A stretch of 64,000 nucleotides of DNA, taken from Mobula hypostoma (Eukaryota). The notes beneath the pieces are model-generated. The model did no database searches and had not been told where the DNA came from. It saw only the letters and a program-made list of their open reading frames with translations. The stretch spans positions 22,384,001 to 22,448,000 of the forward strand of contig NC_086109.1 of assembly GCF_963921235.1 (NCBI RefSeq), written 5' to 3'. Of the stretch, positions 38,501-51,140 are shown one piece after another. A program made the translations under genes and the position numbers. Position 1 is the stretch's first letter; each line of letters begins with the position of its first letter.

Positions 38501-39207
38501 TTGGCTGCTGTTTAAACACCAAACCATCGTGAATCGATGCCTTTTGTACTCAATCAGCGAACATGAGTAAGCTTCCTCTTCTCACCTTCCCAGTCACTGA
38601 TATGTCGCTGTTCAAACCGAGGTCCAGCGAGGGCTAAGGCATTGAATGAAGTCCTATGTCTGTAGTTTCTGTGGGGTGGGGGGGGGTGGGAATTAAAACT
38701 AAATTCCAAACGATCATCAGTTCACTTCTTATTGGGCACTTACAGTATCTTATTGGAACAACTTGCTTTTTTGTCCAGGTGGGTTCAGGTTGGTGGGTTT
38801 GAGATTAAGAGATGGGATTGAATATACAAAGAGTACAACCCAGCCATCTAAACTTATTTTCTACTCTGTCACCAATTTCACAGTGGAAATTAGCAATGAT
38901 AAAGTAGCAGACACAATCTACAGGGACCTGTGATCTTCACAAAGAATTGACTGCTGCACTATAGGGATAGAGAGGCCAAGACTATTTTATACAAGCCAGC
39001 ACTCAAAAAGTTTGATGTAATTCCCCATCCATCCATTCCATTAACCACCCTACCACAAAAATGGAGAGCACCCTCCCTACCAGATATGTACCTTCCATTC
39101 AGCTACATTTCAGTACCCTGTTCCAACTTTATCACATTGAGTTAGTACAAATAATTAGTTTGTCATGTAACTTCAGAATGAAGTTAAGACTTAACCACAC
39201 TGAGCCA

Positions 39208-39713
39208 GTTTCATGGACCATTCAGGAATCTGATGTCAGAGAAAAAGCTGTCCCTAAAACATCAAGTGTACATCTCCAGGCTTCTGGACCCCCTCCCCAA
39301 TGGTGGTAATGAAAGGAGCATATGTCCTGGCTCATGAGGGTCTTTAATGATGGGTGTCGCCTTCTTGAGGCACCGCCTTTTGAAGATGTCCTCGATGGTT
39401 GGAAGGTTTGTGCCCATGATGGAGCTGGTTGAGTCTAACACCCTCTGCTGCTTCTTTCTCAATCCTGTGCATTGGAGCCTCCGTACCAGGCAACGATGCA
39501 AACAGTCAGAATGCTTTCCACTGTGCATCTTAGAAATTTGCTCATCTTAGGTGACAACACTACCTCGCTGTTCCTCTTTTGTACTATCGATTAATTTATC
39601 TATCAATCTACTTATTATTGTAACTTACTACAATAGTTTTATGTACTGCTGCCACAGAACAACAAATTTCATGATATATGGTACGTCAGTAATAATAAAT
39701 CTGATTCTGATTC
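39208..39713. mobile_element. Rex1/Babar insertion with inverted 5' part
   Basis: 39208-39555 is the ORF end on minus. 39556-39713 is the 3' UTR and (TTCTGA)n tail on plus. Confidence 0.8.
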
Positions 39714-39804
39714 AGGACTCCTTTCCTACAGGATTTCTGATAGGCTTCACGGTCACATTCTCAACATCAGACTTTACAATACTGTAATTGCCTTGCGTAC
39801 TTAC

Positions 39805-40646
39805 CACTTTCTTTCACAGCTTGTGATTCAGCAAAGCTATGATGATCCCACACTTCCTCCATGTGTTGGGCACCAAGGGGTTCAAAGTAACTTGGGCAGG
39901 ATGGCAACTCACTATACTCGTTCTCAGACCGGTGCCTGTTCGACACCAAACTGTCCAGGTGTTGGCAGAGTAGATCTGGACGGGAGAATGTGCTGTCCTC
40001 CACTGCCGAGCCAGGAGGTGAAAAATAAGGATCTTCGATGGAATAGGTAGTAGGAAAAATGCACTGGGAACTAAGGTGCATGAAGGATTGTCTCCCTGTG
40101 TTTTTAAGAACATTGGTATTGTCTTCTTGAGCAGCTTCCCAATGATAGGGACTCCTGTTTTTTCCAACTGGTGGTAAGCTATTGCATTTGGTTGAGGGAG
40201 AATCATTAGAAAGGATACTCAGCAATTCTAAAGAACCTAAATGGTTGTGTTCTTTGGTTTCCAGTGATGCATTTGGTTCATCGAGATCCTGACTTGTGAT
40301 GCTAAATGGATTTGATTTGGCCCTGGTTAAGCATGACTTGCTTGCAGACTCTGTTGTGTGATGAGGCAGTTGTTCCAAGTTCTGCGATAATTCACCCCAT
40401 GACGTCTTTTCAGTGGTCCTGTCAAAACCCAGGCTCATCTGACTCCCTGGCCCTCTCTCGGGAGGACATCCTACAATACACAAAGGGTCCTGAATGTGTG
40501 GAAAAATATCTTCACATTTACTGAAGCTACTGTTCAAGTCTGATATTAATCCATGAGACTGGCTGTGTCTAATAGGGAAAAATCCTGATTGATCCTCTAA
40601 TGGTAACTCTTGTGTCATGAATTGCGAAATTTCTTCTTTTGACGAC
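39805..40646 (-). CDS. PTPN22: PTPN22 large interdomain exon (~13), 842 nt
   Basis: Open 283-aa frame, acceptor attcttatttttgcag|GTCG, donor AGTG|gtaagt. Contains LTRAKSNPF and YSIEDPYFSPP. Confidence 0.9.
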
Positions 40647-40849
40647 CTGCAAAAATAAGAATATGCAGTTAAGTAAATATCCTGGACATTTAGTCAACTG
40701 TAACTAAAAAGCTTCTAAATTACATTTTCGAGCTTTTATCCTTTCACTGAACTATTGTGAAAAATTGTAGTAAATCTAATTTTTTTTCTTGTCAATTGAA
40801 AAAATTCAAAAGCATGGTTAAACATCAAACTTAGAAGTGACTTGAGTTG

Positions 40850-41200
40850 TTATCATCATCATGTGCTGTGTCTTTGACCATGATCGTTCTTGGCAAATTT
40901 TTCTACAGAAGTGGTTTGCCATTGCCTTCTTCTGGGGCAGTGTCTTTACGGGTGACCCCAGCCACTATCATTACTCTTCAGAGATTGTCTGCCTGGCGTC
41001 ACATAGCCAGAACTTGTGATATGCACCAACTACTCATACGACCAACCACCACCTGCTCCCATGGCTTCACGTGACCTTGATCGGGGGCGGGGGGGGTTGC
41101 TAAGCAGGTGCTGCACCTTGCCCAAGGGTGACCTGCAGGCAGCCGGAGGGAAGGAGCACCTTACACCTCCTTTGTTAGGGACACTTCTGCACCCTACCAG
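40850..41200 (-). mobile_element. RTE-related SINE-like element
   Basis: Same family as 51141-51520. Confidence 0.75.
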
Positions 41201-41496
41201 CAAATTATTGAGTTGTACCTCACTGAAATTATTTTCAAGACAATTGAATATCTTTGTCTAGCAAAGGGTTAAGTGTTTAAGTTGGTCTGAAAACATTGAA
41301 GATATAAACTAAACTCACTGCAGAAACTAAGTCCATCTTTTCAAGCCTGAGTATTCTTTTTCAAAGATGACATGTTATTTGCTCTAAACTAACTTCATTG
41401 AAAATAGTTAATTAATATTTATTGTCAATTATCTTCAGCTTTTAATTGTTGAAGATTGTTCTAGTTTCTGTCTCTCCCTGACTCTGTTCATTCCAA

Positions 41497-41930
41497 CGCA
41501 AAAGGCACAAGAGGAACTCGGTGGGCAAAACAGCATTAAAGGAAGGAAATGGAGAGCTGGTGTCTTGGGCCAAGACCCTTCATTTGAACTGGAAAGGAAA
41601 GGGTAGATATCCAGTACAAAGGCGTGGATGGAGGGGGATGCAAGGTGATAAGTAGAACCAGGTGAGGGGGTAGGGAGTGATAGGATGGGAAAAATATCAG
41701 AAGATGGGAGATAATAGGTAGGAGCAATAGTGGGGTAATGGTGGTGGAATATAATAGGAGAGCACAGTGGAGCGTGGAATAAAGGGAGGGAAGTGGGGTG
41801 ATGAGCTGATGGGAACAGTGTGTGGGTAATGGGCTGATGAAGAGAGAGAGAGAGAGAGAGAGGGGAATGGCAGGGAAATAGAGGATATTTGGATCAGAAG
41901 AAGAAACAAAAGGAAAACTAGGAGAAAATC
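41497..41930 (-). mobile_element. Penelope-like pseudo-LTR fragment
   Basis: gggccaagacccttcat degenerate hammerhead and purine-rich UTR, as at 17955-18318. Confidence 0.65.
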
Positions 41931-41991
41931 CATACCCTCATATGCCTATCACCTCCCACCAACTGGTTCCAACAATCACCGTGAGCTGTTA

Positions 41992-44900
41992 CATAAGAAC
42001 ATAAGAAATAGGAGCAGGAGTCGGCCATCTGGCTCATCGAGCCTGCTCCACCTTTCAATAAGATCATGGCTGATCTGGCCATGGACTCATCTCCACCCAC
42101 CTGTCTTTTCCCCATAATCCTTAATTCCTCTACTATGCAAAAATCTAACCAACCTTGTCTTAAATATATTTACTGAGGTAGCCTTCACTGCTTCATTGGG
42201 CAGAGAATTCCAGATTCACCACCCTCCGGGAAAAGCAGTTCCATAGAACCATAGAAACTACAGCACAGAAACAGGCCCTTTGGCCCTTCTTGGCTGTGCC
42301 GAACCATTTTCTGCCTAGTCCCACTGACCTACACACGGACCATATCCCTCCATACACCTCCCATCCATGTATCTGTCCAATTTATTCTTAAATGGTAAAA
42401 AAGAACCCGCATTTACCACCTCGTCTGGCAGCTCATTCCATACTTACACCACTCTCTGTGTGAAGAAGTCCCCCCTAATGTTCCCTTTAAACTTTTTCCC
42501 CCTCACCCTTAACCCATGTCCTCTGGTTTTTTTCTCCCCTGGCCTCAGTGGAAAAAGCCTGCTTGCATTCACTCTATCTATACCCATCATAATTTTATAT
42601 ACCTCTATCAAATCTCCCCTCATTCTTCTACGCTCCAGGGAATAAAGTCCTAACCTATTCAACCTTTCTCTGTAACTGAGTTTCTCAAGTCCCAGCAACA
42701 TCCTTGTAAACCTTCTCTGCACTCTTTCAACCTTATTTATATCCTTCCTGTAATTTGGTGACCAAAACTGAACACAATACTCCAGATTCAGCCTCACCAA
42801 TGCCTTATACAACCTCATCATAACATTCCAGCTCTTATACTCAATACTTCGATTAATAAAGGCCAATGTACCAAAAGCTCTCTTTACGACTGTATCTACC
42901 TGTGACGACACTTTTAGGGAATCTTGTATCTGTATTCCCAGATCCCTCTGTTCCACTGCACTCCTCAGTGCCTTACTATTAACCCTGTATGTTCTATGTT
43001 GGTTTGTCCTTCCAACGTGCAATACCTCACACTTGTCAGTATTAAACTCCATCTGCCATTTTTCAGCCCATTTTTCCAGCTGGTCCAAGTCCCTTTGCAG
43101 GCTCTGAAAACCTTCCTCACTGTCTACTACACCTCCAATCTTTGTATCATCAGCAAACTTGCTGATCCAATTTACCACATTATCATCCAGATCATTGATA
43201 TAGATGACGAATAACAATGGACCCAGCACTGATCCCTGTGGCACACCACTAGTCACAGGCCTCCACTCAGAGAAGCATTCTCTACCACCACTCTCTGGCT
43301 TCTTCCATCGAGCCAATGTCTAATCCAATTTACCACCTCTCCATGTATACCTAGCGACTGAATTTTCCTAACTAACCTCCCATGCAGGACCTTGTCAAAG
43401 GCCTTACTGAAGTCCATGTAGACAATATCCACTGCCTGCCTTTTATCCACTTTCCTGGTCACCTCCTCGAAAAACTCCAACAGATTGGTCAAACATGACC
43501 TACCACACACAAAGCCATGTTGACTCTCCCTAATAAGTCCCTGTCTATCCAAATGCTTGTAGATTCTGTCTCTTAGTACTCCCTCCAATAACTTACCTAC
43601 TACTGACGTTAAACTCACCGGCCTATAATTTCCCGGATTACTTTTCAATCTTTTTTTAAACAACGGAACAACATGAGCCACTCTCCAATCCTCCGGCACT
43701 TCACCCGTAGACAGCGACATTTTAAATATTTCTGCTAGGGCCCCCGCAATTTCAACACTAGTCTCCTTCAAGGTCCGAGGGAACACTCTGTCAGGTCCCG
43801 GGGATTTATCCACTTTAATTTTCCTCAAGACAGCAAGCACCTCCTCCTTTTCAATCTGTACAGTTTCCATGATCTCACTACTTGATTCCCTCAATTCCAT
43901 AGATTTCATGCCAGCTTCCTTAGTAAATACAGACGCAAAAAACCTATTTAGGATCTCCCCCATTTCCTTTGCTTCCGCACAAAGCCGACCACTCTGATCT
44001 TCAAGTGGACCAATTTTATCCCTTACAATCCTTTTGCTCTTAATATACTTGTAAAAGCTCTTTGGATTATCCTTCACTTTGACTGTCAAAGCAACCTCAT
44101 GTCTTCTTTTAGCCCTCCTGATTTCTTTCTTAAGTATTTTCTTGCACTTCTTATACTCCTCAAGCACCTGATTTACCCCCTGTTTCCTATACATTTCATA
44201 CAACTCCCTCTTCTTCTTTATCAGAGTTGCAATATCCCTTGAGAGCCAAGCTTCCTTATTCCTGTTCAATTTGCCTTTAATCTTGACAAGAACATACAAA
44301 CTCTGCACTCTCAAAATTTCCCCTTTGAAGGCTTCCCACCTACCAATCACATCTTTGCCAGAGAACAACCTGTCCCAATCCACACTTTTTAGATCCTTTC
44401 TCATTTCTTCAAATTTGGCCTTCTTCCAGTTCAGAACCTCAACCTTAGGACCAGATCTATCCTTGTCCATGATCAAATTGAAACTAATGGTGTTATGATC
44501 ACTGGAACCAAAGTGCTCCCCTACACAGACTTCTGTCACTTGCCCTAATTCATTACCTAACAGGAGATCCAATATTGCATCCCCTCTAGTTGGTCCCTCT
44601 ATATACTGATTTAGAAAACTTTCCTGAACACATCTTACAAACTCTAAACCATCTAGACCCCTAACAGTATGGGAGTCCCAATCAATGTATGGAAAATTAA
44701 AATCCCCTACCACCACAACTTTGTTTCCTGCAGTTGCCTGCTATCTCTCTGCAGATTTGCTCTTCCAAGTCTCGTTGACTATTGGGTGGTCTGTAATACA
44801 ATCCCACTAATGTGGCCATACCTTTCCTGTTTCTCAGCTCCACCCATGAGGACTCAGTAGACAAGCCCTCTAATCTGTCCTGCCTGAGCACTGCTGTAAT

Positions 44901-46362
44901 ATTTTCCCTAACAAGCAATGCTACTCCCCCACCTTTCATTCCTCTGCCTCGATCACATCTGAAACATCAGAACCCTGGAATATTAAGCTGCCAGTCCTGC
45001 CCCTCCTGTAGCCAAGTTTCACTAATTGCTACAACATCATAATTCCACGTGTCAATCCACGCCCTCAACTCATCTGCCTTTCCCGCAATACTCCTAGCAT
45101 TGAAACATATACACCTCAGAAGATTTTTACCACCACTCACAACCTTTCTATCAGCGGATTTGTTTAAACTTTCAATGTCATTTATTTTCACCCCAGCCAT
45201 ACTGTCAGCTCTGGCACTCTGGTTCCCATCCCCCTGCAAATCTAGTTTAAAGCCTCCCCAATAGCACTAACAAACCTCCCTGAAAGGATATTGGTCCCCC
45301 TGTGGTTCAAGTGTAACCCGTCTCTCTTGTACAGGTCCCACCTGCCCCAGAAGAGGTCCCAATGATCCTGAAATCTGAAACCCTGCCCCGTGCACCAGTT
45401 CCTCAGCCACTTTTCCTCCTCCAGAGCATCCTATTCCTACCCTCACTGACACCTAGCACAGGTAGCAATCCTGAGATTACCACCCTTGAGGTCCTGCTTT
45501 TCAACTTCCTACCAAGCTCTCCATACTCACTGTCCAGGACCTCTTCACTCTTCCTTGCTATGTCATTGGTACCGATGTGCACCACGACATCTAGCTGCTC
45601 ACCCTCCCACTTCAGAATGTCATGCAATCGATCAGAGACATCCTTGACCCTGGCACCCGGGAGGCAACAAACCATCCTGGATTCTCTGTTACGACCACAG
45701 AACCTTCTATCTGCACCTCTAACTATCGAGTCCCCTATCACTACCGCTCTCCTCTTTCTCCCCCCTCCCTCCTGCACTGCAGAGCCAGACTCAGTGCCAG
45801 AGATCCGGCTACTGCAGCTAGTCACAGGTAAGTCATCCCCCCCAACAGTATCCAATGTGGTATACTTGTTGTTGAGGTGAATGGCCACAGGGGAACCCTG
45901 CGCTGCCTGCCCTTTCCCCTTCCCTCGCCTGACAGTGACCCAATTTCCTGTCCTCTGCTCCTTTGGCATAACTACCTCCCTGTAGCTACGATCTATAATC
46001 TCCTCATTCTCCCGAATGATCCGCAGGTCATCCAGCTCCTGCTCCAGTTCCCTAACGCGGTTTGTCAGGAGCTGCAGCTGGATGCACTTCTTGCAGGTGT
46101 CGTTGTCAGGGACACCGGAGGGCTCCCTGACTTCCCACATCCTGCAAGAGGAGCATTCCAACATCCTGCCTGGCATTCTCACTGCACTAAACAATCTGAA
46201 CAAAAAACTTACCGGAACCTACCCTGGCCTCTGCCTGTTCTCGCCGAAGCCTGTTTGAGCCAAAGCTGTCCCACTCTGACTCAGTCCACTCCGACGATGG
46301 CCGCTGTATATGGTTCCTCCTCATCTCCGTCCTAAATCTACTCCCCTGAATCTTGAGGCTAT
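41992..46362 (-). mobile_element. Short CR1 3' fragment (41992-42242 and 46313-46362) split by the full-length CR1
   Basis: The sequence aagcagttcc|tcctcatctcc is continuous across the insertion. Confidence 0.75.
42243..46312 (-). mobile_element. Essentially full-length CR1 LINE (ORF1 zinc finger, coiled coil and esterase; ORF2 APE and RT) with a few frameshifts
   Basis: ECSSC...CKKC, LTNRVRELEQELDDL, GDSIVRG and HIGTND in ORF1. 487-aa and 290-aa ORF2 pieces. Tail (TTCTATGG)n and 5-bp TSD gttcc. Confidence 0.96.
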
Positions 46363-47994
46363 ATCCACCCCTCAAGATTGCTCCAGTCCTTACCTCCACC
46401 TTTAAATACTGAATATCTCCCCCTTTCTTTTCAGTCCGGACTAAGGGTCTTGACCCAAAATATCCACTCTCCAGAGATGCTACCTGACTCACTGAGTTCC
46501 TCCAGCTCCTGTTGTGTTGCTGCAGAAACCAGCACCTGCATTCTCTTTTCTCTCCAATCTTCCTTTCCCCCTCCTTATTTCCCTTTCAGTATTTGATCTG
46601 ACATTGTACTCATCCAGTATAATTTACACTGTCTGGTTCAGGGTCTAGTGTTTATTAATAGCTCTTGAAAATGACTGATTATGGACTGGTGTCTACTCAG
46701 TTTACAAATGCCTCTAGGTGGCGACAGGCTTTTGTCCTTCCTGTTCAACACCACCTGAATCGAACTGAATTCAGCTCACTGTCTGGATTCACCCCCACTA
46801 GGAAGCTCCATCAAGCTACGCTTATCAGAGCCGGATGTGAAGTGTACTGTATGTGGTCTGTGTATGTAGTGTTGTAGATGCAGTAAGTTCTAATTGTACT
46901 GGTCTACAGGAACTCCAAAACAAGCATCTGGTACTTTATTGTAGAGTGCCAATAACTAAGGTATTTGTGTATTATTAGAATCGTCACTGATATCACTGAT
47001 ATATGTTATAAAATTTATTGTTTTGCAGTAGCAGTACAGTGCAAGACAATAAAAATTACAATGGGCACTATATGACTTAACTACAATGGTTTTTCTTTGA
47101 AACACCTTTTTTTCCACAAATATAAAACATACATTTTCAGTCTGTTAAGTGGGTTTCTAGCATGTTGAGGCTTCAACTTTGTTTGGGTTTCAGGCAGAAT
47201 AGTTAATACTGGATTTGAAGAGTGAGAGATATCTTGACTTAACTCATTGACTTCCGTCTCCTTATCACTTGCTAATCCCATATCCACTGTTGGGGAAAAT
47301 AAACCAAGATTCGATTTTTCTTGTTTCGTGCTCCAATCACTTGGTGAGCCTTTCTGGTTCACCAAATGATTGGAGGAAGAATACCTCTGATTGGAACATT
47401 AGATTTCTGACCTTCCCTCAATCTTTTACTAAACACCACTTTGGACTGCAGATCTGTCCATTTTCCCAATATCTGTGTTCTGAGCATCACACTGAATCAT
47501 CAGTCTTAATTCTCATGTTCTCATTTTGTCTGGATTGTTTTTCTCTGTCTCTTCCAAATGAATAATGATTTTCTTTGAAATGTACCTCTCCACTCTCTCT
47601 TCCAAATTAGGTTGTCCCAAGCTCAAGTTGTTCAAAGTCTAGAATGGATCAGCTAATCTGGTTGAGTGAATCATGGAGTAAATTATGGTATTAAAAGACT
47701 TTCAAACAGGTTCGTTAATCAATGAATCATTGTCAAAGCGGAACTATCATGGAAACTTCCTTCAGAATGTAAATGAAACTTTCCATTGAATTGCTGGGTA
47801 CATGATGGTATTGGAGAAAGTAATGAATACTTGTTACTAATACATCTCATGAATCACTGAACCAACTATCTGTTAGCTGTTGTCCACTGTTTGATACCAT
47901 CTGTTTGGATTTATTGCAAAGACCCATCTCAATCTCTTTTTTATAAGTTCTTCTGTCAGACAGAATCACACAAATCCCTCTTCAATTCAAATAA

Positions 47995-48350
47995 TAAAAG
48001 GCCTAGATAGGGTGGATATGGAGAGGGTGTTTCCAATAGTGGGGGAGTCTAGGGCCAGAGGGCACTGTCAAGGAATACAAGGATGTCCCTTTTGAACAGA
48101 GTTGAGGAGGAATTTCTTTAGCCAGAGGGTGCTGAACCTGTGGAATTCATTATTACAGACGGCAGTGGAGGCCAAGACATTAGGTATATTTAAAGTGGAA
48201 GTTGATAGGTTCTTGATTATTAAGAGTGTCAAAGATTACGGGAAGAAGGCAGAAGGGTGGGGTTGAGAAGGATGATAAAACAAGCCATGATGGAATGGTG
48301 GAGTAGACTTAATGGGCTGAATGGCCCAATTCTGCTCCTACGTATTATGG
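47995..48350 (+). mobile_element. CR1 3' fragment
   Basis: aggaatttctttagccagagggt...ctgctccta, similar to 33900-34260. Confidence 0.75.
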
Positions 48351-48869
48351 TGTACATCAACAAGGACTAGAAAGTTACTACCGTTCTGACAAAGTAGTAA
48401 ATTGATCTCCTTCAGGTGCAATTTCAGGTAACCCACTCCCCCTATGTTCCTTTATTACCCAGCAAGTAGTGGGAGTTTCTGCTAGTGGGAGAACCTTGAC
48501 CAAGGAGAAATGACTATAAGATTAGGGGACTGCCAGTTAAAAATGAAGACGCATAGGAACTTCTTTAAAGTGTGGTGAATCTTCTGCCCTGGAGAACTGT
48601 GGAAGCTCCAGCTTTGGAAATATTTAAAAGAGGGGATAAACAGCAAATTCGTGGTAATATTGAACTGGAACATAGGAGGAGATGAGGGCTCAGCATATCA
48701 TTCCAGGGAGTTTTCATTTTTAAACTTACATAAGGAACCACAGGTTAGATGAATGTACCTCAGTAATATGTCCCCTGATCCTGTTAAAAATACTACCTCA
48801 CTCTATGGCAAAGACTGCATTGAATGGTTGAAATCCTCCTCGAATGGATTAAGATATTTGTGATATCTC

Positions 48870-49005
48870 AAAGTAACACATACAGAATGCTGGAGAAAAA
48901 CCCAGCAGGAAAGGGATAAAACAGTTGACATTTCAGCCCGAGACCCTTCATCAGCATCTTGTGTGTGTTACTCTGGACTTCCAGCATCCGCGGAATCTCT
49001 TGTTT
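48870..49005 (-). mobile_element. Mini Penelope-like fragment with hammerhead-like core
   Basis: Minus strand CTGATGA-agggtctcgggct-GAAATGTC, followed on plus by an inverted tail, as at 24607. Confidence 0.7.
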
Positions 49006-49696
49006 TGTAATATCGCAAAGATTTTCTTTTGCCTCTGATGGGCAATGTTCATGCAGCAATGTAACAAATGGTATTGAAGGTTTCCCCTAATGGTCACTGA
49101 CAGTGCAAGCTATGCCTTAAGAGTGAGAGTGACAGATAACATATTACTGAAGCACATACATAGAACACACGGGACATCACTGAAAGTCAAGCATTTTTGA
49201 GGATAGTATATGCTAACTTGCAGATATACAACTGAGAGAGAATCCCCTCTCCAAATATCCAGTGGGTATGTGACCATACACAGTACATTCTACAGGTTAG
49301 TGAATAGTTTGCAGCAGTTTTCAAAATACCTCCATTCTACAACAGTTGGCAATTATTTGCCCCCTAAATTCACAATAAGGGCAAATAGCTGCAAAGACTA
49401 AAGACCAACAAGGGCTGTTCACTGACGATCAGTTTGAAAATCCACACATATGCAGATTAGCAGTGAGAGGCATGCGGTGGTATGAGATGACCTAGAAAGC
49501 ATAATTCCATTACTTGGTCTGCTCGGGAAGAGCAATACTGTACCTGACTCAGAGCAGGTCTCAAGATCTCTATTGATTGTCTCTATGTTACTTATGATCA
49601 CCATCCTTATGGGTTTGTGCTCACCACTATTAGAAAATAATCATCAGCAAAAATCTGCAAGCACATTTTCTATTTTTCGTTTCCATGTCTGACTAT

Positions 49697-50325
49697 GCCA
49701 CGGTAGCATAGCGGTTAGCGAGATGCTATTACTGCTCGGGGCATCGGAGTTTGAAGTTCAATTCCGACATCATCTGTAAGGAGTCTGGTCATCTTCATCG
49801 TGGAATGTGTGGCTTTTCTCCAGGTCCTCTGGTTTCCTCCCACAGTCCAAAGATGTACCATTTAGTGGGTTAATTGGTCATTGTAAATTGACCTGTGATT
49901 AGGCTAATGTTAAATTGGCTTTGCTGGGTGGTGCAGCTCGAAAGGCCTACTTCTCACTGTACCTCTCACTATCTAACTAAACTAAATGGTGATGGAATGA
50001 TACAGTTGGTAGAACCGTTGCCTCACGGCACTAGCCGCTCAGGTTCAATTCAGACTGCTGTCTGCGTGGAGTTTGCACGTTCTCCTTATGACCACGCTGG
50101 TTTCCTTTAGGCTCTCAGGCTTCCTCCCACATTCCAAGGATTGGTTGCTTAAAGGGCTGTTGTCAATTGCGCTGGAGGTGTAGGTCAGTAGCAGAATCTG
50201 GGAGCAGTTAAAAGGAATGTTGGGGGGGAGGGGTAATGTGGGTTTAGTGTAATTTGGTGCTCAGTAGTTGGTAGAGACTTGAAGAACTTAAGAGCCTGTT
50301 TCCATGATGTAGGATTGTACAACTC
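49697..50325 (+). mobile_element. Two adjacent V-SINE copies
   Basis: Two tRNA-like heads, each followed by a ttcctcccaca(g/t)tccaa core. Confidence 0.7.
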
Positions 50326-50574
50326 AACTCTGCTCTGTCTCTCTCCACAGAAGCTATCTGACCTGCTGAGTATTTTGAGTACCCTCTGTTTCTGTGCAAG
50401 CCCGGCAGTGTCCGGACTGAGGAAAGGCAGGTGAGGAAGGTTACACAAAAGTGCCTGTTATTTTTGTGTATCTGCTTAGAACTAAGGTGTTTTTGTGAGT
50501 GTTGCCCTGTTGGAAGACTGTGACCTGAAGTGGAGGAGAGCATTTGCCTTGGAGAAACAACTTGAACCAGAAGT

Positions 50575-50905
50575 AAAATACATAAGGTGCTGGAGGAATT
50601 CAGGAAGTTGGGCAGCATCTATGGAGAGAAATAAACAGTCGACATTTCAAGCTGAGCTATTTCATCAGGACTTAGAAGATCACAGAATCTCTTATGATCT
50701 TGAACTAGAAGATTCCACCTGAAATGCTGGAAATGCTGAGCAGGACAAGTGGCATTTGTGGAGGGAGGAACCAAGGGGTCATTTCAGTTTAGTGAGCTCG
50801 CATTGATCTGAAATGCTAACCACTTCTGTCTCTACAGAGCCCTTTGCCTTGCTGTGGATATCCAGCAATTCCTGTTATTATTCAAACTTCCAGCATCTGC
50901 AGAAT
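50575..50905. mobile_element. Penelope-like pseudo-LTR remnants
   Basis: Minus strand agtc-CTGATGA-aatagctcagctt-GAAATGTC-gact at about 50637-50672, plus further degenerate halves. Confidence 0.65.
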
Positions 50906-51140
50906 ATTTTCTTTTGGATTTAGCCTACTGGTATGAACAGACACCATCTGGACAGTTGGCAGAGTGACAGACTGTAACAGAATGGCAGTGCTGTTTTTTA
51001 GTGAAGAGACAGCTGCCTAGAGCTCTCTGCAGTTACTGCCAATTTGCTGGCGTGGAGTCTGGACAGAATTTATTGGAGAAGAGATTACTATGGTGCTGTT
51101 ACACTACCTGCCTTTTAAAAGTAGTATCTCCAGTCTGCCA

